This document shows, piece by piece, positions 55,353-64,000 of a stretch of DNA of 64,000 nucleotides. A program made the position numbers and the translations under genes. The notes beneath the pieces are model-generated. The model made no database searches, was not told where the DNA came from, and was given only the letters and a program-made list of their open reading frames with translations. Numbering within the stretch: the stretch's first letter is position 1; each line of letters starts with the position of its first letter. Source of the DNA: an uncultured Thermodesulfobacteriota bacterium (lineage in GTDB: Bacteria; Desulfobacterota; BSN033; WVXP01); NCBI GenBank assembly GCA_964348095.1, contig CAYGBK010000065.1, positions 56,847 to 120,846 of the forward strand. The letters are read 5' to 3'.

Positions 55353-55904
55353 TCATGGATTGAAATATCTTCGATTTACTCGCCGCGTATTGCACAGCCG
55401 TATGGTGCCCACGGAAACCTCTTTGTCTACCACAAACCCCTCCCTGAGGTAAAAAAGGTATGCTGGGGTATCTTTGGCAGCATCGAGGATGATACCATGA
55501 TAACCACGCTCCTTGGCAAATTCATATAGAAACTGCAGCATCATTCTTCCTAGCCCCTGCCCGTGAAACGCGGGCAAAGTCCCAAGAAGGATAAGCTCGA
55601 GGTAGGAATCCTTATACTTCGGCCGTTTCGAAAAGGCCCGAAAAAAATCCTTGGTGAGTCGACACCCTGCTATGCGGAGCAATCTAAAGAAGAACCAGAA
55701 AATTGTCAGGGTTCTAGTTTCATGGTGGGGATCCACTGAAAATGAGACGCAGGCAAGAGTCCTTTCTTTGCGTATCCCAAAAAGGTAGGCTTTCTCGGTA
55801 CGAAAGGTATCGATCATACGTTTGAGCATTCCTTCAGTCGTATGTATGGGTGTATTTGGGGGCAACATGGGATGTGTGGCAAACGCCTGTTTCAGCACGC
55901 CCAA
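55353..55904 (-). CDS. GNAT family N-acetyltransferase
   Basis: ...LGTLPAFHGQGLGRMMLQFL... motif A. TTG start in the ORF track; the N-terminus is uncertain. Confidence 0.7.
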   Translation of the reverse strand: MGVLKQAFATHPMLPPNTPIHTTEGMLKRMIDTFRTEKAYLFGIRKERTLACVSFSVDPHHETRTLTIFWFFFRLLRIAGCRLTKDFFRAFSKRPKYKDSYLELILLGTLPAFHGQGLGRMMLQFLYEFAKERGYHGIILDAAKDTPAYLFYLREGFVVDKEVSVGTIRLCNTRRVNRRYFNP

Positions 55905-56487
55905 TGCCTCTGATTTCTGTTATATGTCAAGTTTTTCTACCATTTCCCCGGTGTGATTCCTGTCTATAGGGAGATATTGGAAATCCACTTTGATATCACA
56001 TCAAGGGCAAGCCCAATATTTCCTACCTGGCAATGATTCTGTGCATAATCCTCTGTTGCAAAAATACGTTCCGTCACAGATTTAGGGTTAGTCAGGGCTT
56101 TTACCTGCATGAAGTGCATTTTCAAAGGAATAAAATGATCCTCCTCGCCGCTTGGTCATTTGTTCTTGGTCTTTCTTCTATTAGCTTGACTCATAATCCC
56201 GAAACCTTAATCGGTTTCGACCGTTATTCATAATGTTGTCCCCTTTGGAGTAGAATGGGCGGCGAGATCAGCAGAACTCCCGACTTTGAGGAGAATCCAG
56301 GGTAAATTGGGCTTTTCGAAAGGAGGCGTTGTTTCAAGTCAGGACCGGCCCCCGATTCTGTCGAAAGCCTGCTTTCATAGCGAGGAACTTCAACAAACCA
56401 ATGGAGAACAAAAGTTGCTCGGCTGCCAGCCGTTAGGGTGAAATAGGAGGTTATGGGCAGACAGATCTTTTGACATGCAGAATAGCC

Positions 56488-56793
56488 TTATTTGCCACAG
56501 CATTTCTTATACTTTTTCCCGCTGCCACAGGGGCAGGGCTCATTGCGTCTAACTTTCTTTTCCGCTATCTTTGGTTTTTGTGGATTCAATAGTATTTCTA
56601 AATCGCTAATATTCTCTGGTTTATCCGGTTCCAATTTAATTTTATATTTCCACCCGCTCTTTTCAAATATTGATGCGACTTCTTTCAATCGTGCTTTTGT
56701 TTGGACATTAACAACACCAGGCTTTTTTTCAGTACCCAGTTTTGCTGGCCTTTTACCATCATAGACTTTTTCCATCTTTCCACCCTTTACCAT
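56488..56793 (-). CDS. SEC-C motif small protein
   Basis: C-terminal [18 protein letters not shown]. Confidence 0.75.
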   Translation of the reverse strand: MVKGGKMEKVYDGKRPAKLGTEKKPGVVNVQTKARLKEVASIFEKSGWKYKIKLEPDKPENISDLEILLNPQKPKIAEKKVRRNEPCPCGSGKKYKKCCGK

Positions 56794-57211
56794 GTTATAG
56801 AAAACATCTACCGCATAACGGTCGGGCTCACTTGTGGGCCAAAGGAGTTTAAGTCAGCAATGTATTAACATAAAGCCAGCCGGCTGATTTCCAGTACGTG
56901 CAACGAATTGTAAGCAACCAATTCGGATTGCTTCTGACACCTTGTTTCTCGACTTCATCTGAGGCGGTGCACTGCGGTCGAGCCAGGCTTTTCGAAGTAT
57001 ACTTCATCTTGCTCGGTTTTTGGAGGAATTCAAGGAAGGAAGGCGGTTTTTGCATCCAGGGGATGCTTCCGGTGCGTCCCCTTGGGTGAGTTCACCTGAT
57101 GAAAATCTATTTCACAAGTTGATCTAAAACTGACAGACTGCTTGGGGTCGTCAAAGTCAAGACCAGTCGTGACCCACTGGTTCATGTCTCATGTCAAGAC
57201 CTGACACTGTT

Positions 57212-57742
57212 TCACTTTGATGTTCCTTCTGATTCCAGCAATACCCGGTCAATTTCTTCCGAATTATCTATAATAGTCTCATGGGGCGGACTTGCTTCAA
57301 TTCCTAAGGAATTCAGAATCTGGGAAACAGGGATGTTACTGCCTTTGCTTCTGAATATGATTTTTATTAAACTGTTGGCTATTAGTTGGTCATTCTTCAA
57401 AAAAGTTTGCCTCAAATACAACCACTTATCGTCCCAGTAGATTACTCTGGACCTTAATTCAAACTGCTCAAGACGTTTCAACGGTTTTTTGTAAACCATT
57501 TTTTGAGACCCAACCAATGGTGACCAGTGATACCTTCGGCAGATCTTAAATAGCCCAGACCTAAACAGCAAATCCAATTGTCCCATTTCGGTAATCGTCC
57601 AAAAGCTCGCATTATTCATGTACTTTCTATCCGCCTCTTGAGGCCAGACTCTGAATGATAAATGAGAGGTGTCAGTGACAAGGATTTTCTTGCGGAAAAA
57701 GGCGGAAATAAATATCAAAAAAAGCCGACACCATCTTACCAT
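57212..57742 (-). CDS. Thioesterase-like (hotdog fold) protein
   Basis: 176 aa. ...FRVWPQEADRKYMNNASFWTITEMGQLDL... resembles acyl-CoA thioesterase-like families. The gene is A/T-rich. Confidence 0.5.
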   Translation of the reverse strand: MVRWCRLFLIFISAFFRKKILVTDTSHLSFRVWPQEADRKYMNNASFWTITEMGQLDLLFRSGLFKICRRYHWSPLVGSQKMVYKKPLKRLEQFELRSRVIYWDDKWLYLRQTFLKNDQLIANSLIKIIFRSKGSNIPVSQILNSLGIEASPPHETIIDNSEEIDRVLLESEGTSK

Positions 57743-58273
57743 GCCACTTACCTAAATGAGATCAAACCTGATTCACGGTCTGATAATAATAGAAAGGTGG
57801 GATCAGTTCTAACATGGGACATGACAAGCTATTCCTCTTGCCTCAATCCCATCGTATCATCTCAAGACTACCAATTGGCCGAAATCTATCATGTTGATTT
57901 AGAACCAACTGTCTTAGGAGGGTTAAGGGGTATCAGGGTTTTGAGAAGAGCGGGAAATGTGAAACCAATAAGCGCAGACAGTGGGAACGGGAGCGATCAC
58001 CCCCCTCGGTTTATCTAAAGGCTATTACAGAGGGAGGAAAAGTCAAGAATAAATCTATGTGGAAGATTTCAATTTCAAATGTCAAAATCCAAATGCACAA
58101 TGAAACCGAAATGCCTTAATGTCAAGGCGCGGTATTCAATGAAAAGTCAGCCAATTCAGCGTTAGAACGAGGCGAAATCCCGGCAGCTAAGAGCTTTGAA
58201 TCTTTCCACGTCTGTTATTTGAAATTTGGCATTCATTTGGACTTTGAACTTTGTCATTTGACATCATGATCCA

Positions 58274-61200
58274 TCACTCTTCCACATCCAGCTCCAGGGA
58301 TTCCCCTTTCCCCTTTCTCGCTTTCTTCCTCGGCTTTCTCAGTGTGATCGGTCGCCAGATGCCATTGTGGCTGAAGCATCCCCAGCCCCAGCGGAGCCAG
58401 CGGAGCATGGCCAGGGCCAGCCAGAGCGCCCACGCGAGCATGGCGATCCGATAGAAAATGATCGGAACCGAGAATGCCCAAGCCTGGGGAAGCGCTGCGT
58501 CAGAACGATCCTGGAACCACTGAAGCAAGTGACTATTGGATCCATTCCCCATGATCCACATCTCCGGGTGCCCCAAAAGACCGTGTCTGATGGCATAGAT
58601 AAGGGAAAAGAGGGCAAGGGCTGATAGAATCACCAATCCTAGCTGGGCGAGGTTGAAGACGGCGTTTCCCGTTTCTTTGCCTAGCCCTTTGCGGTAACCC
58701 AAGAGAAGTAGCCAGGCGACGACCAACATGGCGATCTCGATGCGTGCCTGCGTGAGTCCGAGACCCAGGAGGATCCAGTGGTGGGTTTTGAGCGGGGTCA
58801 CCGTCACACGTCCAAGGCCAAAAGCGACGAGCAAGATCACGATCACAAAGGGCCAGAAGAGTACGGCTGGTCCGAGCTGAGGGCCACCCGTGAGGAGGAC
58901 CCAGCGGCGGCCTGGCATTCTTACCTGCACCTGGGTGTTGACATTCTCAATCCCTACATCCACGGCCGGTGTCTTAAGCTGGCTCGTAATGCCATCAGGT
59001 TCTCGCCACTGGAGCTCCATGACCTGCCGCCCGGGTGTCAGGGGCAGTGTCACAATACGGCCTTCCTGACGAATTGGTTGACTCTTTCCATTGATTTTCA
59101 CGACCTGGAGGCGGGCATTCTCAGGTAAAGTTACATCGTGCTGTCCGCCCCGACTGCTTCTCATGCTGAGGCCCAAGGTGGCATCGGTTGCCCGGAGGCC
59201 TGGGGAGACGAGGAGGCGGCTGCTGTCGACGGTAACGGTCTTTCCAGGTATCCCCTCAGGGCGAGTTATGTTCAGGGTTATCGTTTCGTTTGGCCAGGGG
59301 CGCCACTCTGGGAGCCATTGGCCGGCCTGGTCCTGATGGTGTATCACCGGGATACCCTCTAACTCCACATGCCAGATTGGACTCACATTGAGGCGCCAGA
59401 TTTCGGTCCACGAGGTGGTGTCTGAGGCTTTCAGGGCCATCTGGCTCTGTTTTTCGACGACAGAGACCCAACTGACCTGAGATTGCTGAGGTGCCATGTT
59501 AATCAATGCCCGGTTTCTTTCAACCCGGACATCGGCACTGGTGACAGACTCCCCCTCTATCAAGGGAATCTCGAGGACGATAGCGGTCCCCCCGGGGCTT
59601 GCCCGAAAGACTCTCGTTTCGGCCTGCCAGGTCAGGCCAAGCAGGAGTGTGCGCTCCACGCGGACAAAAGGGGACAATGTACCGGGTTCAAGGGTTGCCA
59701 GGCGTTTCTTCTCCTTGTTTTCGTCCAAGCGCCGCAGTTGGAGGTTATCGTCCGCAATTCCATCGTCATGAAGACCTTCCACCACCCAACCTTCCACGAC
59801 TGCCTCTACAGCATGAGGTTTCAAGGGAAGGGGGATCTGTATGGTATCGCGGTTCGGCAAGGGACCTTCCAAGAGGATTTGCTGACGTCCTTTGGAGAGG
59901 GCGATCCAGAGATGTCCTGTGGGTGCCCTGAAAAGGCCTTCTGCGGGCTCGCCGTTGAGGAGTACGGTTCGAGGCAGCCACTGCTGGAAGCGACCCGGGA
60001 GGGGGACGCCAACGTCGGCAGAGGCGTGCACTTCCATCCGCACACGGAGGATGTTTGCCTTGACCTCGAGCCGCAAACGAGGACTCGCGGCACAGTTGGG
60101 TGCGCATTCGGGTTTCTCCAGCAACCGTGTCCGGAGCTCGTTCAACAGCTTTGGCGGGGGGATGTCCGCACGAGCCTGTTTAGGAAGGCTTAGCAGCACG
60201 AGCAAGAACGCGATGAGGGCTGCCGTTCGGGCAGCGGTTTTGAAGAAGTCGAATTTGAGTCCACTCCCCCGGGTGTATTGAATGCCTATCACACGGATGA
60301 CGAGAACAGCCAGGAGGACAACCCGGAGGAAAGCCAACACCGTATTCACCCCGGGTGACAGGAAGATAAAACGGATCTCCTGATCCCGCTCGACAGGCCC
60401 ATTCCAGCGCATGGGAATGGATCTCCACTGCCACAGCGGGAGACCAGGTCCAGTCTGGACGTTTGCATTGGGATCGACCTGTGCCATCTGCGACAGATCC
60501 AATCGTGATCTGTATCGCTTGTCTTGGGTGGGCTCTTTCGGGGCTTCGTAGTAGGACCGTTTCCTGGGAAGAGCCTGGTCCCGAAGTTCCTCTTCGAGCT
60601 TTCCCTTTAGCCCTAATTCCTGCTGGATAACCGGCCCTTCAGGAGCCCCCGCTACCCCACGGGCGACGACACGCCACGGTTTTTCAAACTGCGGGAACAG
60701 GCCCTGGCGGACCTGAATCAACATGAAGGGGACACTAAAGGCGATGAGGGCCACCAGACTCACCGTCCGATAGGCCTGCACGAGATTTCGCAATCGACCC
60801 GTTGAAAGCACTCTCAAAAGAGCGATGGCGCCTAACAGATGGAGCCACACCCACTTGGGTGCTCCGGGCTCGTGGTAGGTCACGACCAGAGTGGCCAATG
60901 CCAGGATTCCCCACGGCCACTTCCAGAGTTTCGCAATCGCCAGGCCAATGATAAGGAGAAGAAAGAGATCGAGCAATGTCCACTGCTTCAGCCATGTGTT
61001 CGGAATCTGATCGACACCCGTCGCATCCAACAGGCCCCAGCCAGGGGGTAGATTCAGTGTTCCCTGGACCTGATGAAAATCGTGGTCCCACCCGACAGCG
61101 GGAAGAGGCGACAGCCGCTCGGCAATACGGCTGTCTGCGAGGAGCTGAATCTGGCCGCGTCGGACTTCAACCCCGGCACGTTCTGACTCGCCGATGCGTG

Positions 61201-62425
61201 TGATGAACTGGGGTTGACCGTCCACGAGAACCCGTCCGAGTTCTATGGGCGGATTGATTTCCAGACGCCACCCTCGGGTCAACATGCCAGTGACACGATC
61301 CTGTATAGTGTAGCCTCCTCCACTGAAATCGAGCCAAAGGCTCCGATGGAGGGCGAGCTGGTCTGGCGCAGGATCCGGATCTCCCCGCCTTTTTTCAACG
61401 ATTCGAAGCGCATCGCCCGGCTGGGCTCGGTATGCTGGAAACCGTTGCCAATCCGGCGGTAAGGTGGTCTGCCGGGGATCAATCTGGGTGACACCTTCGA
61501 TGGTGACGAGGCGGAGGTGATTCCGTGCATCGAAAACCCAGACCTCCTCCTTTGGCCACGGTCCTTCGGTTGGTAAAAGCCGTATCTCGTGAACGGGTCC
61601 CTTATGCCGTGCATTGAGCAGAATCGTCCAGCGACCTGGTTTGACCTGAACCCGGAGGCGGCCGTCAGGATCGAGCCGGGCCGGCAGGGGGCTACTGAGG
61701 GACAATGGGATGTACCCCTCGATCAGGGTCCGTCCGAGGAGCGCTTCACGAGGCCGTCCGGACACGTTGAGGTCGATCCGAGTAATGACCGTGAGTGGGA
61801 TTTCATCCACAATACGCCGGTGAACCCTCAGACCAATACGTTCCTTCCTTTCTTCTTCGGGAATCTCTTCTTCCGCGACCTGTTCTCGTAGCAAGAGGGT
61901 CCCTTGGGCGTCGAGCCGGGGAAAATCGATGGCTCGGTTGTTGATGGACAGGGCGACCAGTCCTGTGTCGGGCGGAATCCTCAGTGACTCTGGAAGGGTC
62001 TCCCACCCAAACACGCCGCTCACCGTATACGTTCCGGCCTCCAGATAGACCGCCGGCTGTCCGTTTCGTTGAGCGACAAGGGACACCTGATCATCAACAC
62101 GCACGTCCTGGGGCCAGTGTTTTTCACTCCCGGGCAGCGTGGCCCAGCCCCTAGTGACCATGTGCCAACTCAGTCTGAAAGTTCCCGTCTTATCGGTTAA
62201 GTTCAATTCGAGATGGGATGGCCAGTTGCAGCGATACTGGTCCCCTATGCCGTAGAGGGAGGGGCAACGCTGGTTCTCGTATCCATGGAGCACCCATTCG
62301 ACCCAGGGTTTGAGCGGTTCGGGAACATCGTCAGGAGATAAGGGCGCGGCGATCAATGAGCCCCTGCCGCCAAAAAGGACAAAAAGGAGAATAAGTAAAA
62401 GAAATAATGGGAGTGCTTTTTTCAT
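58274..62425 (-). CDS. 1383-aa multi-pass membrane protein of unknown function
   Basis: ATG at 62425 gives the signal peptide MKKALPLFLLLILLFVLFGG. Two large soluble regions each start with a Cys pair and are each followed by TM clusters. Basic C-terminal tail. Confidence 0.8.
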   Translation of the reverse strand: MKKALPLFLLLILLFVLFGGRGSLIAAPLSPDDVPEPLKPWVEWVLHGYENQRCPSLYGIGDQYRCNWPSHLELNLTDKTGTFRLSWHMVTRGWATLPGSEKHWPQDVRVDDQVSLVAQRNGQPAVYLEAGTYTVSGVFGWETLPESLRIPPDTGLVALSINNRAIDFPRLDAQGTLLLREQVAEEEIPEEERKERIGLRVHRRIVDEIPLTVITRIDLNVSGRPREALLGRTLIEGYIPLSLSSPLPARLDPDGRLRVQVKPGRWTILLNARHKGPVHEIRLLPTEGPWPKEEVWVFDARNHLRLVTIEGVTQIDPRQTTLPPDWQRFPAYRAQPGDALRIVEKRRGDPDPAPDQLALHRSLWLDFSGGGYTIQDRVTGMLTRGWRLEINPPIELGRVLVDGQPQFITRIGESERAGVEVRRGQIQLLADSRIAERLSPLPAVGWDHDFHQVQGTLNLPPGWGLLDATGVDQIPNTWLKQWTLLDLFLLLIIGLAIAKLWKWPWGILALATLVVTYHEPGAPKWVWLHLLGAIALLRVLSTGRLRNLVQAYRTVSLVALIAFSVPFMLIQVRQGLFPQFEKPWRVVARGVAGAPEGPVIQQELGLKGKLEEELRDQALPRKRSYYEAPKEPTQDKRYRSRLDLSQMAQVDPNANVQTGPGLPLWQWRSIPMRWNGPVERDQEIRFIFLSPGVNTVLAFLRVVLLAVLVIRVIGIQYTRGSGLKFDFFKTAARTAALIAFLLVLLSLPKQARADIPPPKLLNELRTRLLEKPECAPNCAASPRLRLEVKANILRVRMEVHASADVGVPLPGRFQQWLPRTVLLNGEPAEGLFRAPTGHLWIALSKGRQQILLEGPLPNRDTIQIPLPLKPHAVEAVVEGWVVEGLHDDGIADDNLQLRRLDENKEKKRLATLEPGTLSPFVRVERTLLLGLTWQAETRVFRASPGGTAIVLEIPLIEGESVTSADVRVERNRALINMAPQQSQVSWVSVVEKQSQMALKASDTTSWTEIWRLNVSPIWHVELEGIPVIHHQDQAGQWLPEWRPWPNETITLNITRPEGIPGKTVTVDSSRLLVSPGLRATDATLGLSMRSSRGGQHDVTLPENARLQVVKINGKSQPIRQEGRIVTLPLTPGRQVMELQWREPDGITSQLKTPAVDVGIENVNTQVQVRMPGRRWVLLTGGPQLGPAVLFWPFVIVILLVAFGLGRVTVTPLKTHHWILLGLGLTQARIEIAMLVVAWLLLLGYRKGLGKETGNAVFNLAQLGLVILSALALFSLIYAIRHGLLGHPEMWIMGNGSNSHLLQWFQDRSDAALPQAWAFSVPIIFYRIAMLAWALWLALAMLRWLRWGWGCFSHNGIWRPITLRKPRKKARKGKGESLELDVEE

Positions 62426-62603
62426 GGCGTCATTCCAATCTTTGGATTGTTCTGAAAGAGGAGACACGGATGCATGTGCCGGCGGGTAACATTCGGCCTT
62501 TGGTGCAAGATATATACCATTCGGAGGGAACTGGGTAAACCGGATAAAGCCCCATTCCGCTCATGAGTGGGGAACACGAGCTGAAAGGAATAATCCAGGG
62601 ATG

Positions 62604-63521
62604 TCACAAAAGGGGAAGTTGAAAGGCCTTTACATCCCAGTTTGCTCTCTTTGCTGCCGCCTGATAGAAGCTTTCCAGGAAATCCAACAACACCTGTTTC
62701 TGAGATTGGGATTCCCTCACCTTATTGTACATGAGAAGGGCCATGCCGGCGTCAGGATTGTAGAAGGCTTCCGCGGGGCTGAGCGGTTCTTTTGAGAGAC
62801 CCTCTGGCTCAGGATAGGCATAGGCGTAAAAGGCGGGTTCTCTGACTTTGTCGTCGCCTGCCCAGAATCCACAGCTTATGACTTCATGGGAATAGGCCTC
62901 ACGTTCGACGGGATTCGTACCGTCCCGTGCGGGGGTAGGCCGACCTGAAAACCGGGTGACGGCGAGGTCGAAATGATGCCAAAAAAGATGAGAAGGAGAA
63001 CATTTCCCGATAAATCTGCCCCTGAACTCCTGGAATATGGAATCAACCTGGACGAGAACCTGCCAGAACCGATTCACGTATTTCCTGTCATATGCGGCGT
63101 GCTGATGATCAGTTTCAAAGGGTTCTGTACTGATGCTCGGGACATCATAGGGGACGGCCCTGATGGTGACGTCGATGCCAAGCTCAGAAAGGGAAGAGAA
63201 AAGCCCCTTGTAGAATTGGGATACAGAGAGGCCATTGAGAGCAATGCTTTTCCTCGATCCGTAACTTGTTCTCATGGCCAATACGTGGTCAATACAGTCA
63301 AACTCGATCTCGAAGATCATGCTTCCATAGGGAATGGGCCCGGTCGTAAAGCCACGGGAAGAAACATAAAAGGTCACGTGCCACCAATGGTTCTTCTTGG
63401 GAAATAGTCCAAGGCGGATCTTTCCGACAATTTGAGCATAGAGGTGCACGGTGTTTTTCGTCTCTTCCCATTCTTCTATCGGAAGAGGAGGGAATAGCGT
63501 CTTTTGGAGCTTGTCATTCAT
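62604..63521 (-). CDS. DUF5996-like protein
   Basis: ...EEWEETKNTVHLYAQIVGKIRL...KNHWWHVTFYVSSRGFTT... is as I recall for DUF5996. The ATG at 63521 avoids overlap with the upstream gene. Confidence 0.6.
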   Translation of the reverse strand: MNDKLQKTLFPPLPIEEWEETKNTVHLYAQIVGKIRLGLFPKKNHWWHVTFYVSSRGFTTGPIPYGSMIFEIEFDCIDHVLAMRTSYGSRKSIALNGLSVSQFYKGLFSSLSELGIDVTIRAVPYDVPSISTEPFETDHQHAAYDRKYVNRFWQVLVQVDSIFQEFRGRFIGKCSPSHLFWHHFDLAVTRFSGRPTPARDGTNPVEREAYSHEVISCGFWAGDDKVREPAFYAYAYPEPEGLSKEPLSPAEAFYNPDAGMALLMYNKVRESQSQKQVLLDFLESFYQAAAKRANWDVKAFQLPLL

Positions 63522-63538
63522 GAGAGCCACCTCTCTGT

Positions 63539-63985
63539 CTAGGGGCACCTGTGGTGCTTTTTCCACATCTCGGGGTCATGCCCCTCTGGGATATTGACGC
63601 AGGGATCATCTGTATCATAGCCACGTAGCTTGTTGTACTGCTCGATTTGCGCTTTTCTGAGGATATCAGGAGTTCTCAGGTGCGCGGACAGATGAACGAA
63701 CCGTAATTCTCGATAGGTGGTTGCTATCTTATCGAGAAGATTACGTAGCACTTTTTCGTTGATCGTTTTGTTGGCGAAATGATTATTCAGCTCTCTTTCG
63801 AGCTCGATCAGTTCATGGCCCAATTTGACGGCCTGTCTATTCATAGATTCATAGACGTTCTCTATCTGTTTTTCTTGGTCTGATGTAAGCCCTATCTCTT
63901 TTTTCATTTCCAGTATATGCTTTGGACCGGGGAGACCGTTGAGTTCGGCCGCCTTGGCAAGGCCCCACCCCGATCCTTTCTTCAA
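63539..63985 (-). CDS. Spy/CpxP-family (LTxxQ) periplasmic protein; N-terminus may lie beyond the window edge
   Basis: LTSDQEKQI (LTxxQ) motif, helical, with a His/Cys-rich C-terminus. The ORF reaches within 15 nt of the window end. Confidence 0.55.
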   Translation of the reverse strand: MKKGSGWGLAKAAELNGLPGPKHILEMKKEIGLTSDQEKQIENVYESMNRQAVKLGHELIELERELNNHFANKTINEKVLRNLLDKIATTYRELRFVHLSAHLRTPDILRKAQIEQYNKLRGYDTDDPCVNIPEGHDPEMWKKHHRCP

Positions 63986-64000
63986 TTCTTCAATGTCCTG

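Noticed and set aside
58060-58262. Apparent inverted repeats (ATTTCAAAT...GTCAAAATCCAAATGCA versus TTATTTGAAATTT...CATTTGGACTTTGAAC) flanking about 120 bp. I considered a MITE or a long hairpin.
   Set aside because: The matching arms are in the wrong relative order for a hairpin or terminal inverted repeat, and they consist of short A/T-rich words. This is more likely compositional repetition in an A/T-rich spacer.
1-64000. Searched by eye for CRISPR arrays, IS elements or transposases, integrases next to the tRNA, phage or defence-system genes (RT, nucleases, ATPase pairs), and for selC (tRNA-Sec) or selABD.
   Set aside because: I found no regularly spaced repeats, no recombinase or transposase motifs, no recognisable defence genes, and no tRNA-Sec-like sequence. 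The tRNA-Gln flanks carry ordinary genes.

Overview
This is a 64-kb chromosomal segment of a bacterium with moderate GC by eye. Selenocysteine use and gene content resemble anaerobic or microaerophilic environmental lineages, but taxonomy cannot be settled from this window. I support about 70 protein genes and one tRNA (tRNA-Gln, anticodon CUG). I found no rRNA, CRISPR array, transposase, integrase or phage genes.

Gene content in order:
- an oxidative-stress cluster (peroxiredoxin-like selenoprotein, IDO-family dioxygenase, MsrA)
- tRNA-Gln and GlnRS
- a glycosyltransferase
- a minus-strand block of small redox/metal proteins around a sulfite-oxidase-family molybdoenzyme
- two class III nucleotidyl cyclases, one fused to a YHS domain and one to a TolB-N-like module plus TPRs
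- a D-aminoacylase
- a DUF2089/SHOCT-like pair
- a TetR-MFP-RND efflux operon
- a PLP decarboxylase and an Fpg/Nei glycosylase
- a minimal cbb3-type oxidase operon (ccoN-ccoO-ccoS plus a haem-less CcoP N-terminal stub)
- MFS/EamA transporters, GNATs and thioesterases
- a 1383-aa multi-pass membrane protein

Most noteworthy observations:
1. Two gene pairs that the ORF track splits at TGA are single selenoprotein genes, each followed by a SECIS-like hairpin. One is a Prx-like protein with a U-P-Y-C motif (31-702). The other is a rhodanese whose catalytic Cys is replaced by Sec, fused to a di-iron ferritin-like domain and apparently co-transcribed with an FAD oxidoreductase (39333-41328).
2. A cyclase is followed by a 757-aa membrane-anchored protein built from four tandem copies of an unannotated module of about 130-155 aa.
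3. The 1383-aa membrane protein has an apparent internal duplication and no domain I recognise.
4. Several other genes are interrupted by a single in-frame stop with no frameshift: TAG in an SDR, TGA in an acyltransferase, and TAA in a secreted protein and a GNAT.
5. A promoter-to-terminator unit at about 20.4 kb looks like a small RNA or leader.

All functional calls come from reading motifs by eye. No database search was run.
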